Shown: positions 17,772 to 25,876, counted from the first letter of the stretch. The stretch is DNA of 32,000 nt from Propionibacterium freudenreichii subsp. freudenreichii (GCF_000940845.1 NZ_CP010341.1:2310001-2342000); one strand, 5' to 3'. Numbers and translations: made by a program. Notes: generated from the sequence alone by a model not told the origin.

Positions 17772-19294
17772 GCACTTCCCCGGGCAGCTCCGCGCCGGAC
17801 CATGGGCCACGGGCCGGGGGCGAGTCCTTGAGGGCCAATGAGCCATTGGCCGGCCACGAGCCACTGACCGTCGAGGGACCGCTGACGGCCCACAAGCCGC
17901 TGACCGGCCATGAACCACTGACTGTCAACGAACACCGCGCGCTGGTCGACGCGCTGGCCGCGCCCCTCGCGCCGCTGACGCTGCCACTGCTCGGCGACGA
18001 TCCCGCCACACAGCCCACGGGAGTCGGGTCCCGCTCGTCCGCCCAGACCGGGGGCACCGCCGAACCACGCCCTGACAAGGGGTTTCCTGCCCCCGGGCGT
18101 CCGGCGCGCGATTGCCTCGGCGCCGTGTTGGCCCGCGATATGGACGCGCGACTGGCGGTTCCGCCCTTCACCAATTCGGCCATGGACGGCTTCGCGGTGC
18201 GCTTCGCCGATGTGACGCCCGGCACGCCCCTTCCGGTGGCCGGCGACATCCCGGCCGGCGACACCTCGCCCCATGAGCTGGTGGCGGGCACGGCCTGGCG
18301 CATCATGACCGGGGCACCGCTGCCCGCCGGCGCCGACACCGTGGTGAAGGTGGAGCACACCGATCACGCACCGGGCGTCCGCCGGCCACCGGCATCGGTG
18401 ACGATCACCGAGCTCCCTCGGCGCGGCGCGAACATCCGGCAGGCTGGCGAGGACGTGGCGGTGGGCACACCGGTGCTGGCCGCCGGCACCCTGCTCGACG
18501 CGACGGCGCTCGCCGCGGCCGCCTCGGTGGGATATCGCGAGCTGGCCGTGCACCCCCGTCCGCGGGTTGGGATCGTCACCACGGGCGCCGAGTTGGTGGG
18601 AGCCGGTGACGAGCTCGCCGCCGGCCAGGTGCCCGACTCCAACAGCGTGCTGCTGCGGGGACTGGTGCGCGGGGCCGGAGCCGATGTGGCAGCCGTGGTG
18701 CGCACCGACGACGACCCACAGCACCTGCGGGAGGCGCTGGCCGGCTGGCACGACGTCGACCTGGTGCTCACCGCGGGCGGCATCTCGGCCGGCGCCTACG
18801 AGGTGGTGCGCCAGGTGCTCGAGCCGATGGGCGTACGCTTCCACCACGTGGCCCAGCAACCCGGTGGCCCGCAGGGCGTCGGGACGCTCGGGGTCGCGAC
18901 GGGGCGGGTGCCGGTGTTGTGCCTGCCGGGCAACCCGGTGAGCGTGTTCGTTTCGTTCCATGTGTACGCCACAGGGCTGATTGCGGTGCTGGCCGGACGC
19001 GCCACGACGACAGCACCTCGCACGGTCGACGTGAGCGCCGGCGAGGGATGGTCGTCACCACCGGCCAAGACCCAGTTCATCCCGCTGCGGCTTGCGTCCG
19101 ACGGCACGGTGCACCCGATCCATCGGTTGGGTTCGGGCTCGCACCTGGTGGCGTCCCTGCCGCTGGCCGACGGCTTGGGCGTGGTGCCGGCCGGTGTCGG
19201 CCGGGTGGCGCCCGGCGACCGGCTGCAGTTTATTGACACCCGCGCAGGCACGCCGCTGTCCGCGCGACGATCCAGCGAGGACTTCCATGAGTGA
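17768..19294 (+). CDS. moeA: Molybdopterin molybdenumtransferase MoeA with a repeat-containing N-terminal extension
   Basis: ATGA overlap with the moeB stop. MoeA motifs are present (PPFTNSAMDGFAV, RIMTGAPLPAGADTVV, LTAGGISAGAYE, LPGNPVS). Confidence 0.88.
   Translation: MSTSPGSSAPDHGPRAGGESLRANEPLAGHEPLTVEGPLTAHKPLTGHEPLTVNEHRALVDALAAPLAPLTLPLLGDDPATQPTGVGSRSSAQTGGTAEPRPDKGFPAPGRPARDCLGAVLARDMDARLAVPPFTNSAMDGFAVRFADVTPGTPLPVAGDIPAGDTSPHELVAGTAWRIMTGAPLPAGADTVVKVEHTDHAPGVRRPPASVTITELPRRGANIRQAGEDVAVGTPVLAAGTLLDATALAAAASVGYRELAVHPRPRVGIVTTGAELVGAGDELAAGQVPDSNSVLLRGLVRGAGADVAAVVRTDDDPQHLREALAGWHDVDLVLTAGGISAGAYEVVRQVLEPMGVRFHHVAQQPGGPQGVGTLGVATGRVPVLCLPGNPVSVFVSFHVYATGLIAVLAGRATTTAPRTVDVSAGEGWSSPPAKTQFIPLRLASDGTVHPIHRLGSGSHLVASLPLADGLGVVPAGVGRVAPGDRLQFIDTRAGTPLSARRSSEDFHE
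17837..17926 (+). repeat. 18-bp tandem repeat x 5, in frame within the moeA 5' end
   Basis: Encodes NEPLAG HEPLTV EGPLTA HKPLTG HEPLTV. Confidence 0.85.
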
Positions 19295-19835
19295 TCAGCA
19301 CGCCGGCAATCAACGGCCCGACGACCGGACGGCGGGCGAGCTGCCGCATCTGCGTGCCGATGGCCTTCCGCACCTGCGTGCTGACGGCACCGCGTACATG
19401 GTGGACGTGACGGGCAAGCAGCCCACCGTGCGGGAGGCGACTGCCGTCGCACGGGTTGACTGCTCGCCTGCGATCATGGCGGCCCTGCAGCAGGGCACCG
19501 TACCCAAGGGCGATGTGCTGGCCGTGGCGCGGATCGCGGGCATCCAGGCGGCGAAGCACACGCCCGACCTGCTGCCCCTGGCCCATGTGATCGGGGTGCA
19601 CGGCGCCAGCGTCAATCTGGAACTCGCCCACGACCATGTGGACATTTCGGCCACTGTGCGCACGGCTGACCGCACCGGCGTCGAGATGGAGGCGCTGACC
19701 GCCGTCACGGTGGCCGCCCTGGCCGTGGTCGACATGGTGAAGGGCGTCGACCGCATGGTCGAGATCCGTGGCGCGAAGGTGGTGCACAAGGCCGGCGGAC
19801 GCTCCGGCGACTGGACACGTCCCGGCGACGACTAG
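19287..19835 (+). CDS. moaC: Cyclic pyranopterin monophosphate synthase MoaC
   Basis: ATG 19287 overlaps the moeA end by 8 nt. MoaC motifs are present (MVDVTGKQPTVREA, PLAH, GVEMEALTA, DMVK). Contains a 24-bp tandem duplication at 19341-19388 (LPHLRADG x2). Confidence 0.9.
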   Translation: MSDQHAGNQRPDDRTAGELPHLRADGLPHLRADGTAYMVDVTGKQPTVREATAVARVDCSPAIMAALQQGTVPKGDVLAVARIAGIQAAKHTPDLLPLAHVIGVHGASVNLELAHDHVDISATVRTADRTGVEMEALTAVTVAALAVVDMVKGVDRMVEIRGAKVVHKAGGRSGDWTRPGDD

Positions 19836-19889
19836 TTAGGGTGCCGCACTTGTCCCGGACGGCGCATCGGCTCCGCAGGGCACACCGGT

Positions 19890-20474
19890 TCAGCGGCTGG
19901 GGTGATCTCCTCCGTCGAGCTGGTCAATCAGGTGCGCCACCAGCGGCCCGAGCACCGCGATGGCGTCGTGCACTCCCCCGGTGGACCCGGGTGCGTTCAC
20001 CACCACCGCCGAATCCATGCCGTGGCCGGTGATGCCCACCAGCCCGCGACTCAGCAGGGCGGTGGCCACGTGTTCCTCGCCGCGGCGCCGGATGGCGTCG
20101 GCCACGCCGTCCAAGCGGGCGACCAACAGCGGCTCGGTCGCCTCCGGCGTCAGGTCGCGCGGCGAGATGCCGGTGCCGCCGGTGGTGAGCACCACCCGGG
20201 CGCCCTCCGAGATCGCGCGGGCAATCGCGTCCTGCACCGAGTCGATGCCGTCGGGCACCACCCGGGCTGATTGGCACTGCACCGCGAACCCGGCCAGCAG
20301 CTCCACCGCCAGGGGCCCGGAGATGTCCTCGGCCTCACCCGAGGCGCAACGGTCGGAGACGGTGATCACCGCCCCGGGCACCGGGGTGGGCGCGACGTCG
20401 TCCGACGATGTGGTGCCAGTACCCCGCGCCACGCCTCCGGTGCCCCGGGCCGGGGGTTCGTCATGGTGGGCCAT
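19890..20474 (-). CDS. mog: MogA-type molybdopterin adenylyltransferase (second MogA/MoaB-family gene)
   Basis: Contains VITVSDRCASGE, VVLTTGGTGISPRDLTPEAT and NAPGSTGG. Convergent with moaC. Confidence 0.75.
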   Translation of the reverse strand: MAHHDEPPARGTGGVARGTGTTSSDDVAPTPVPGAVITVSDRCASGEAEDISGPLAVELLAGFAVQCQSARVVPDGIDSVQDAIARAISEGARVVLTTGGTGISPRDLTPEATEPLLVARLDGVADAIRRRGEEHVATALLSRGLVGITGHGMDSAVVVNAPGSTGGVHDAIAVLGPLVAHLIDQLDGGDHPSR

Positions 20475-20477
20475 CGT

Positions 20478-20927
20478 TCAGGCCAGCGCCGCGGAATCCA
20501 TGGCCGGCGGCACGTGGGCACCGAAGCCCAGGTCGCGCAGGGCTGCGCGCACCCGCTCGGTGGCGGCGTCCAATTCGTCGCCCGGCACGTCGTCTCGGGC
20601 GTTGGAGAAGCTCAGCTCGGCCTCGCCCCATGCCGGCAGCACGTGCATGTGCAGGTGCTCGATCTCGAAGCCGCCGATCAGCAGGGCGGCGCGCGGCGAG
20701 TCGAATGCCTGCTCGCAGGCTTGGCCGATCACCTTGGCCACGTTCATCAGGTGGTCGAGCAGGGCGTCATCGGCGGCGGTGAACTTCGGCACCTCCGCGC
20801 GCGGCACCACCAGCATGTGGCCGTCGGTGATCGGGGCGATGGTGGCGAACACGACGCAGGTGTCGTCGGCCCAGGCGAAGCGCCCGGGAATGTCGCCATT
20901 GATGATCTTGGTGAATAGCGTGCTCAT
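20478..20927 (-). CDS. HIT-family (histidine triad) nucleotide hydrolase/transferase
   Basis: MSTLFTKIINGDIPGRF.. and the HLHMHVLP histidine triad. It ends 3 nt upstream of the mog start, so the two are probably cotranscribed. The track ORF start at 21038 is an over-extension. Confidence 0.85.
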   Translation of the reverse strand: MSTLFTKIINGDIPGRFAWADDTCVVFATIAPITDGHMLVVPRAEVPKFTAADDALLDHLMNVAKVIGQACEQAFDSPRAALLIGGFEIEHLHMHVLPAWGEAELSFSNARDDVPGDELDAATERVRAALRDLGFGAHVPPAMDSAALA

Positions 20928-21112
20928 GGCCTCATCGTGGCACGTCGGCCCTGCTTGCGGGGCGCGTCCCCACCCGCTTGCCGTCCCCGGCCGTTCCGAC
21001 GCCATGAGTCGGCACATAGGTGACACGTCCAGCCCCAAACCCGCCGGGCAAGCCCGTTTGAAGCGCCCTGAGTTTGTTGGAGACTCCTGACCTTGGAAAC
21101 GAGGATGGGGTT

Positions 21113-21457
21113 ATGCCGAAGGAACTGGCGAATGGGAAGCCGACGACGCGTCGCTACTCGGTCGAGGAGAAGGCCGCCGCGGTGCGGATGGTGAGGACGC
21201 TGCGCGCGGAGCTGGGCGTCACGCAGGGGACGGTGCAGCGGGTCGCGACGCAGCTCGGTTACGGGGTCGAGTCCGTGCGGATGTGGGTCAAGCAGGCCGA
21301 CGTCGACGACGGTGTCGTCCCCGGTGTGAGCTCGGCGGAGGAGCAGCGGGTGAAAGAGCTCGAGCAAGAGAATCGGGAGCTGCGCCGGGCCAACGAGGTG
21401 CTGAAACGGGCGGCGTCTTTCTTCGGGGCGGAGCTCGACCGCCACTACCGGAAGTAG
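21113..21457 (+). CDS. IS3 transposase OrfA (HTH / leucine-zipper part)
   Basis: MPKELANGKPTTRRYSVEEKAAAVRMV.. ..ELEQENRELRRANEVLKRAASFFGAELD, a typical IS3 OrfA ending. Confidence 0.88.
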   Translation: MPKELANGKPTTRRYSVEEKAAAVRMVRTLRAELGVTQGTVQRVATQLGYGVESVRMWVKQADVDDGVVPGVSSAEEQRVKELEQENRELRRANEVLKRAASFFGAELDRHYRK

Positions 21458-22377
21458 TCGCGTTCATCGACGCGAACAAGGACGACGTCGTGGACGGTCG
21501 CCGGCTCGGAGTCGAGCTCATCTGCAGACTGTTGCAGGTGGCTCCGAGCAGCTACTACGCCGCCAAGACCCGTGCGCCCTCTGCCCGTGCGCTGCGTGAC
21601 GAGGAACTGATCCCGCAGCTGGTCGAGATCTGGGAGGCCAACTACCGCGTCTACGGGGTCCGCAAGCTCTGGAAGGCTGCCCGGCGTGGGGGCATCATGA
21701 TCGGCCGCGACCAGACTGCGAGGCTGATGCGCGTCGCAGGGATCGAAGGTGCGAGGCGGTCGAAGCGGGTGAAGACCACGCGGCCGGACCCGGCGTCGTC
21801 GCGGCACCCGGACCTGGTCAAGCGGGAGTTCACCGCGACGGCACCGAACCGGCTCTGGGTGACCGATCTGACATTCGTGCCCACCTGGGCTGGCGTCGCC
21901 TACGTCTGCTTCATCATCGACGCGTTCTCCCGGATGATCGTGGGGTGGCGGGTCGCGTCACATATGCGCACCGAGATGGTCCTCGACGCGATCGAGATGG
22001 CGCGCTGGTCCCGAGGCGCCCACCATGAGGATCTGCGGTGTCACAGCGACGCGGGCTGTCAATTCACATCGATTCGCTACGGCGAACGCCTCGCAGAGAT
22101 CGGTGCGACACCCTCGATCGGGACCGTCGGCGATTCGTATGACAACGCCCTGGCCGAGACGGTGAACGGCTACTACAAGGCCGAGTTGGTTCGCGGGCCC
22201 ACCCGCTCGGGACCGTGGAAGACGGTCGAGGATCTCGAGCTCGCGACGCTCGGCTGGGTGCACTGGCACAACACGCAGCGCCTCCACGGATACCTCGGAG
22301 ACGTCCCACCCGCCGAGTTCGAGAACGCGTTCTATGCTGTCCCCAACGACAGCAATCTGCTGATCGGAATCAAATAG
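21283..22377 (+). CDS. IS3 transposase OrfB (DDE catalytic part); open -1 frame, presumably expressed as an OrfAB fusion by -1 frameshifting near 21400-21455
   Basis: DD(35)E signature: WVTDLTF, HSDAGCQFTS, YDNALAETVNGYYKAE. The frame is -1 relative to orfA and overlaps it. The coordinates give the extent of the open frame, not a proven start. Confidence 0.8.
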   Translation: MGQAGRRRRRCRPRCELGGGAAGERARARESGAAPGQRGAETGGVFLRGGARPPLPEVVAFIDANKDDVVDGRRLGVELICRLLQVAPSSYYAAKTRAPSARALRDEELIPQLVEIWEANYRVYGVRKLWKAARRGGIMIGRDQTARLMRVAGIEGARRSKRVKTTRPDPASSRHPDLVKREFTATAPNRLWVTDLTFVPTWAGVAYVCFIIDAFSRMIVGWRVASHMRTEMVLDAIEMARWSRGAHHEDLRCHSDAGCQFTSIRYGERLAEIGATPSIGTVGDSYDNALAETVNGYYKAELVRGPTRSGPWKTVEDLELATLGWVHWHNTQRLHGYLGDVPPAEFENAFYAVPNDSNLLIGIK

Positions 22378-22472
22378 CGCGAGTCTCCATCAGACCCAGG
22401 GCGCTTCAGTTGGTCCAACCCAAGCCCCGTCAGCTCGGCCCGGGACCCTTGGTCCGGCCCAAACCCCGCTAG

Positions 22473-22518
22473 GTGGACACCTGTGCGGCGTCATTCCCGC
22501 ACAACTGCCCACTCAGCG
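22473..22518 (+). repeat. Copy B of the ~46-bp hairpin-containing repeat, inverted relative to copy A at 3115-3160
   Basis: See copy A. The hairpin is CTGTGCGG cgtcattc CCGCACA. It is preceded by two degenerate ~20-bp units, ggtccaacccaagccccgtc (22412-22431) and ggtccggcccaaaccccgct (22451-22470). Confidence 0.8.
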
Positions 22519-22658
22519 GCCAGATGGCGGCGGAACCAGCCCGATCGGGCCCTAAGTGGAAGGTTTCGATGCGTCTAATCACCACAACCATCCACCTAGT
22601 GACGAACCAGGACGAACCCGGGGGGGACGAGCCGGCCCGCTCGAACCCAACCCCACCC

Positions 22659-23435
22659 CTACACCCACCCGCCATATGGCCTCTGGGCGACGGCCCCATT
22701 GAGCCAGCGGATGAGGGTGGTGAAGTCGAACACCGGCACGCCCACCGCCGCCTGGATGGCCGCGGCATAGGGCGGCATGTCGCTGCACTCCAGCAGGATC
22801 ACGCCCACCTCGGGGTCGCGGCACGCCTCCTCGGCGGCCGACACCAGCTCGTGCTCCACCTGGTTGTTGTCGAAGCTGCCGCGGTGCTGGTTGATGGCCG
22901 AGAACTGCGGCTCGTACTGGAAGCCGCAGAACACCAGGTCGGAGGTGTCGGTGACCCCGCAGGCCTCGAGGATCTCGGGGTCCAGCGAATCGGAATCGGC
23001 GGTGAGCACGGCGATCTTGCGTCCGGGCAGCACCGTGCGAATCCACGGGATCTGCACCAGCGACGACAACGCCGCCGGCACCCCCAGCTTCGGGGCGATC
23101 TTGGCCTGGTAACGGCCGAAGAAGCCGCAGGCCGAGCTGATCGCCCGCACGCCACGCTGCTCCAGCTCACGGCAGGCCTCCAGCACGGGCTTGCTGAGGT
23201 CCTTGTGCTCGGGGCCGAACAGGGCGGGGATGTCGATGCCACGCACCGGCTGCAGCAGCACGGGGAACTCCCAGGTGCTGGCGTTCACCACATTGCCCGG
23301 CACCATCGGATACCAGACGTCCTCGATGTAGATGATGCCCACGTGGTAGCCGGCGATGTTCTGGCCCGGCGCCATCGACACCTTGCCGATCGGCTGGCCG
23401 GGGGCCAGGTATCCATAGGGGCTCGTCGCGTTCAT
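22659..23435 (-). CDS. Asp/Glu/hydantoin-racemase-superfamily protein, function unassigned (putative two-thiol racemase/epimerase)
   Basis: 258 aa. The two candidate catalytic Cys contexts are ISSACGFF and LLECSDMP. The N-terminal motif is VPGNVVNASTWEFPVLLQPVRG. The start overlaps the upstream stop (ATGA). Confidence 0.6.
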   Translation of the reverse strand: MNATSPYGYLAPGQPIGKVSMAPGQNIAGYHVGIIYIEDVWYPMVPGNVVNASTWEFPVLLQPVRGIDIPALFGPEHKDLSKPVLEACRELEQRGVRAISSACGFFGRYQAKIAPKLGVPAALSSLVQIPWIRTVLPGRKIAVLTADSDSLDPEILEACGVTDTSDLVFCGFQYEPQFSAINQHRGSFDNNQVEHELVSAAEEACRDPEVGVILLECSDMPPYAAAIQAAVGVPVFDFTTLIRWLNGAVAQRPYGGWV

Positions 23436-24685
23436 GCGGCGGCCCTCTGGAAGCGTCGCATCGAGAAGGCGCCGTAGTCGGCGGGCGCGACGCCGTCGAT
23501 GAGGGCATGCAGCACGCGCGCGGTGGGCGGCGCATAGGTGAGCCCGAGCATCGCATGCCCGGTGGCCACGAAGGTGTTGACATAGCCGGGTAGGTGGCCG
23601 ACGATCGGCACGCCGTCGGCCGACATGGGACGCAGCCCGGCCCAGCCCGGTTCCACGTCGTCGAGGGGCACGTGCGGATAGGCCTGCCGCAGGTCGTTCA
23701 TCAATCCGTTGAAGACGCTCTGCGGGATCTTCGGGTGCGTCTGGCCGATGATCATGCCACTCGACACGCGCAGCCCCCAGGCCAGCGGGGTGACGGCGAT
23801 GTGGGTGTCATCGGTGATGATCGACGTGCGCGGACGCAGCTCGGCCCGGTTGATGTTGACGTCCACCGAGTAGCCGCCGCCGGAGTACACCGGCACCGAC
23901 ACCCCGAGCTTCTTGCCCAGCTCCCTGGTGGCGACGCCCGCCGCCAGGATCACGTGGTCGGCCGGGAACTCGGTCTTGTCACAGATCACCGAGACGACGC
24001 GGTCGCCCGAGCGTCGGAATCCGGTGACCGGGCTGTGCTCCACCAGGTTCACCCCGCCGTCGACCAGGGCCCCCACAAGGGCCTTCATCAGCGACGCCGG
24101 CTCCACCTGCACATCATCGGGGGCGTAGTAGCCGTAGAGGATGTCAGGCGACAGGGTGGGGTCCACCCGGTGCACCGCCTCGGGGCCGTCGAGCACCCGG
24201 ATGCGGTCGCGCAGCCGGTCGAAGCCGTCGAACACGGCCAGGCCGGCCTCGAAGGCCTCGCGATGGGTGAAGGTGTGCAGCGAGCCCTGTTCGTGCATCT
24301 CGAACTTCAGCCCGTCGGCCAGGTATTCGCCGTAGCCGTCGGACACCATGCGGGTCATGATGTCCTGCGCCAGGGTGCCCTTGACGAACTCCGACTTGCG
24401 CGTGGCCAGGGCCATGCGCAGCAGGAACGACAGGTATCCCGGCTGCACGTGGGGACGCACCGACACGGCGCCGGTGCCGGTGAGCACGGCCTTGGCGGCC
24501 ACCGGGATGGTGCCGGGCGCCGGCACCGGGAATGACAGCACGCTGGTGACCAGCGCCGCATTGCCGTGCGAGGGCCCCTTGCCGTAGCCGTCGGCCTCCA
24601 ACACGGTGACGTCGTGGCCGGCCTTCATCAACTCATAGGCCGCGGCCAGGCCGATCACGCCGGCACCCACAATGACTGTTCTCAT
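23432..24685 (-). CDS. FAD-dependent oxidoreductase, D-amino-acid dehydrogenase (DadA/DAO)-like
   Basis: Has an N-terminal dinucleotide fold (MRTVIVGAGVIGLAAAYEL) and the DAO-family C-terminal GHAMLGLTYAP. Confidence 0.8.
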   Translation of the reverse strand: MRTVIVGAGVIGLAAAYELMKAGHDVTVLEADGYGKGPSHGNAALVTSVLSFPVPAPGTIPVAAKAVLTGTGAVSVRPHVQPGYLSFLLRMALATRKSEFVKGTLAQDIMTRMVSDGYGEYLADGLKFEMHEQGSLHTFTHREAFEAGLAVFDGFDRLRDRIRVLDGPEAVHRVDPTLSPDILYGYYAPDDVQVEPASLMKALVGALVDGGVNLVEHSPVTGFRRSGDRVVSVICDKTEFPADHVILAAGVATRELGKKLGVSVPVYSGGGYSVDVNINRAELRPRTSIITDDTHIAVTPLAWGLRVSSGMIIGQTHPKIPQSVFNGLMNDLRQAYPHVPLDDVEPGWAGLRPMSADGVPIVGHLPGYVNTFVATGHAMLGLTYAPPTARVLHALIDGVAPADYGAFSMRRFQRAAA

Positions 24686-25065
24686 GACTCGTCCCCACTC
24701 ACATATGCTGTAGCGATCATTTCAATGCGATATCCGGGCAATTCGGCACCCACCGTGGCACGCGGCGGGAAGGGCCCCGGAATCATCTGTTTGTAGGTGG
24801 CATCAAAGCCGTCATAGTCGGCGCCGATGTCATTGAGGAATACCTGCACCTGCAACAGGTCGGACAATCCTGAGCCGGCGGCCGTCAGGATCTTTTCGAG
24901 GGTCTGGATCGACAGGCGCGTCTGCTCCTCGATCGTGGATCCCCGCACCTCGCCGGTGTCCAGGTCGTGCGGGGTCGCCCCCGAGGTGAACAGCAGGTTG
25001 CCCACCACCTTGCCGTGGCTGTACGACGCCACGGACTCGCCGATCGATATCATCTTGGGTGTCAT
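24682..25065 (-). CDS. RidA/YjgF/TdcF-family enamine/imine deaminase
   Basis: 127 aa with family motifs (LLFTSGATP, VQVFLND, PPRATVGAELP). Confidence 0.85.
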   Translation of the reverse strand: MTPKMISIGESVASYSHGKVVGNLLFTSGATPHDLDTGEVRGSTIEEQTRLSIQTLEKILTAAGSGLSDLLQVQVFLNDIGADYDGFDATYKQMIPGPFPPRATVGAELPGYRIEMIATAYVSGDES

Positions 25066-25072
25066 GATCTTC

Positions 25073-25876
25073 CTATCTGTTGATAACCGCTGACAGGAAT
25101 TCGGCGGTACGTTCCTTCTCGGGATGTGACATGACCTTTTCGGGGTCGCCCTCCTCGAGGATCGCCCCGTCCTCCATCACCACCAGGTGGTCGCCGATGG
25201 TGCGGGCGAAATTCATTTCGTGGGTCACCACCATCATCGTCATTCCGGTGGCGGCCACTTCCTTCATCACATTCAGCACGCCGTGGGCCAATTCCGGGTC
25301 GAGGGCGCTGGTGGGCTCGTCGAAGAGCATGGCGCTGGGCTCCAGGGCGAGCGCCCGGGCGATGGCCACCCGCTGCTGCTGTCCGCCCGACAGCTTGGCC
25401 GGGTAGGAGTCGGCCTTGTCGGCCAGGCCCACCTTGTCGAGCAGTTCGCGGCCCTTGTCGCGCGCCGCCTCGGGGCTGCGCTTCAGCACGCGACGCTGGG
25501 GCAGCACGATGTTGTCGAGCACGGTCATGTGCGGGAACAGGTTGAACGACTGGAACACCATGCCCACCCGGCGGCGCAGCTCCAGCAGCTCCTTGCGGGA
25601 ATGGTTGATGCCGCCCTGCATGTACTGGCCGTCGACGATCATGTTGCCGTGGTCGGGTTCCTCCAGCAGGTTCACGCAACGCAGCAGGGTGCTCTTCCCG
25701 GCGCCACTGGGGCCGATGATCGAACACACCTCCCCCTGCTTGACGCGCAGCGAGACGCCCTTGAGCACCTCGTGGTCGCCGTACGACTTGCGGATGCCGC
25801 CCAGTTCGATGGCGTAGTCGCCGGGCATCCGCACTGCCGGCGCGGCCGCTGGTGCGGCTGCTACATGCTGTGTCAT
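25073..25876 (-). CDS. Polar-amino-acid-type ABC transporter ATP-binding protein
   Basis: Walker A GPSGAGKST, signature LSGGQQQRVAIARAL, Walker B MLFDEPTSALD. Has GlnQ/HisP-like organisation. AAGGGGA RBS. Confidence 0.9.
   Translation of the reverse strand: MTQHVAAAPAAAPAVRMPGDYAIELGGIRKSYGDHEVLKGVSLRVKQGEVCSIIGPSGAGKSTLLRCVNLLEEPDHGNMIVDGQYMQGGINHSRKELLELRRRVGMVFQSFNLFPHMTVLDNIVLPQRRVLKRSPEAARDKGRELLDKVGLADKADSYPAKLSGGQQQRVAIARALALEPSAMLFDEPTSALDPELAHGVLNVMKEVAATGMTMMVVTHEMNFARTIGDHLVVMEDGAILEEGDPEKVMSHPEKERTAEFLSAVINR

Larger units (their letters stand above)
21059..22408 (+). mobile_element. IS3-family insertion sequence (1,350 bp)
   Basis: TG...CA termini. IRL at 21059-21086 (tgaagcgccctgagtttgttggagactc) matches the reverse complement of IRR at 22381-22408 at 25/28 positions. 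A 3-bp direct repeat GTT flanks it at 21056-21058 and 22409-22411. Two-ORF organisation. Confidence 0.9.

Noticed and set aside
19836-19889. Terminator hairpin between convergent moaC and mog
   Set aside because: Only short, imperfect complementarity was found (e.g. CCGGA...TCCG) and there is no T-tract. This is not enough to call.
20478-22658. Possibility that the HIT gene, IS3 element and adjacent low-GC stretch (22540-22600) hide a toxin-antitoxin or defence module
   Set aside because: No additional ORF with protein-like composition or recognisable motifs exists here. The IS3 ORFs, the HIT gene and the intergenic repeats account for the region.
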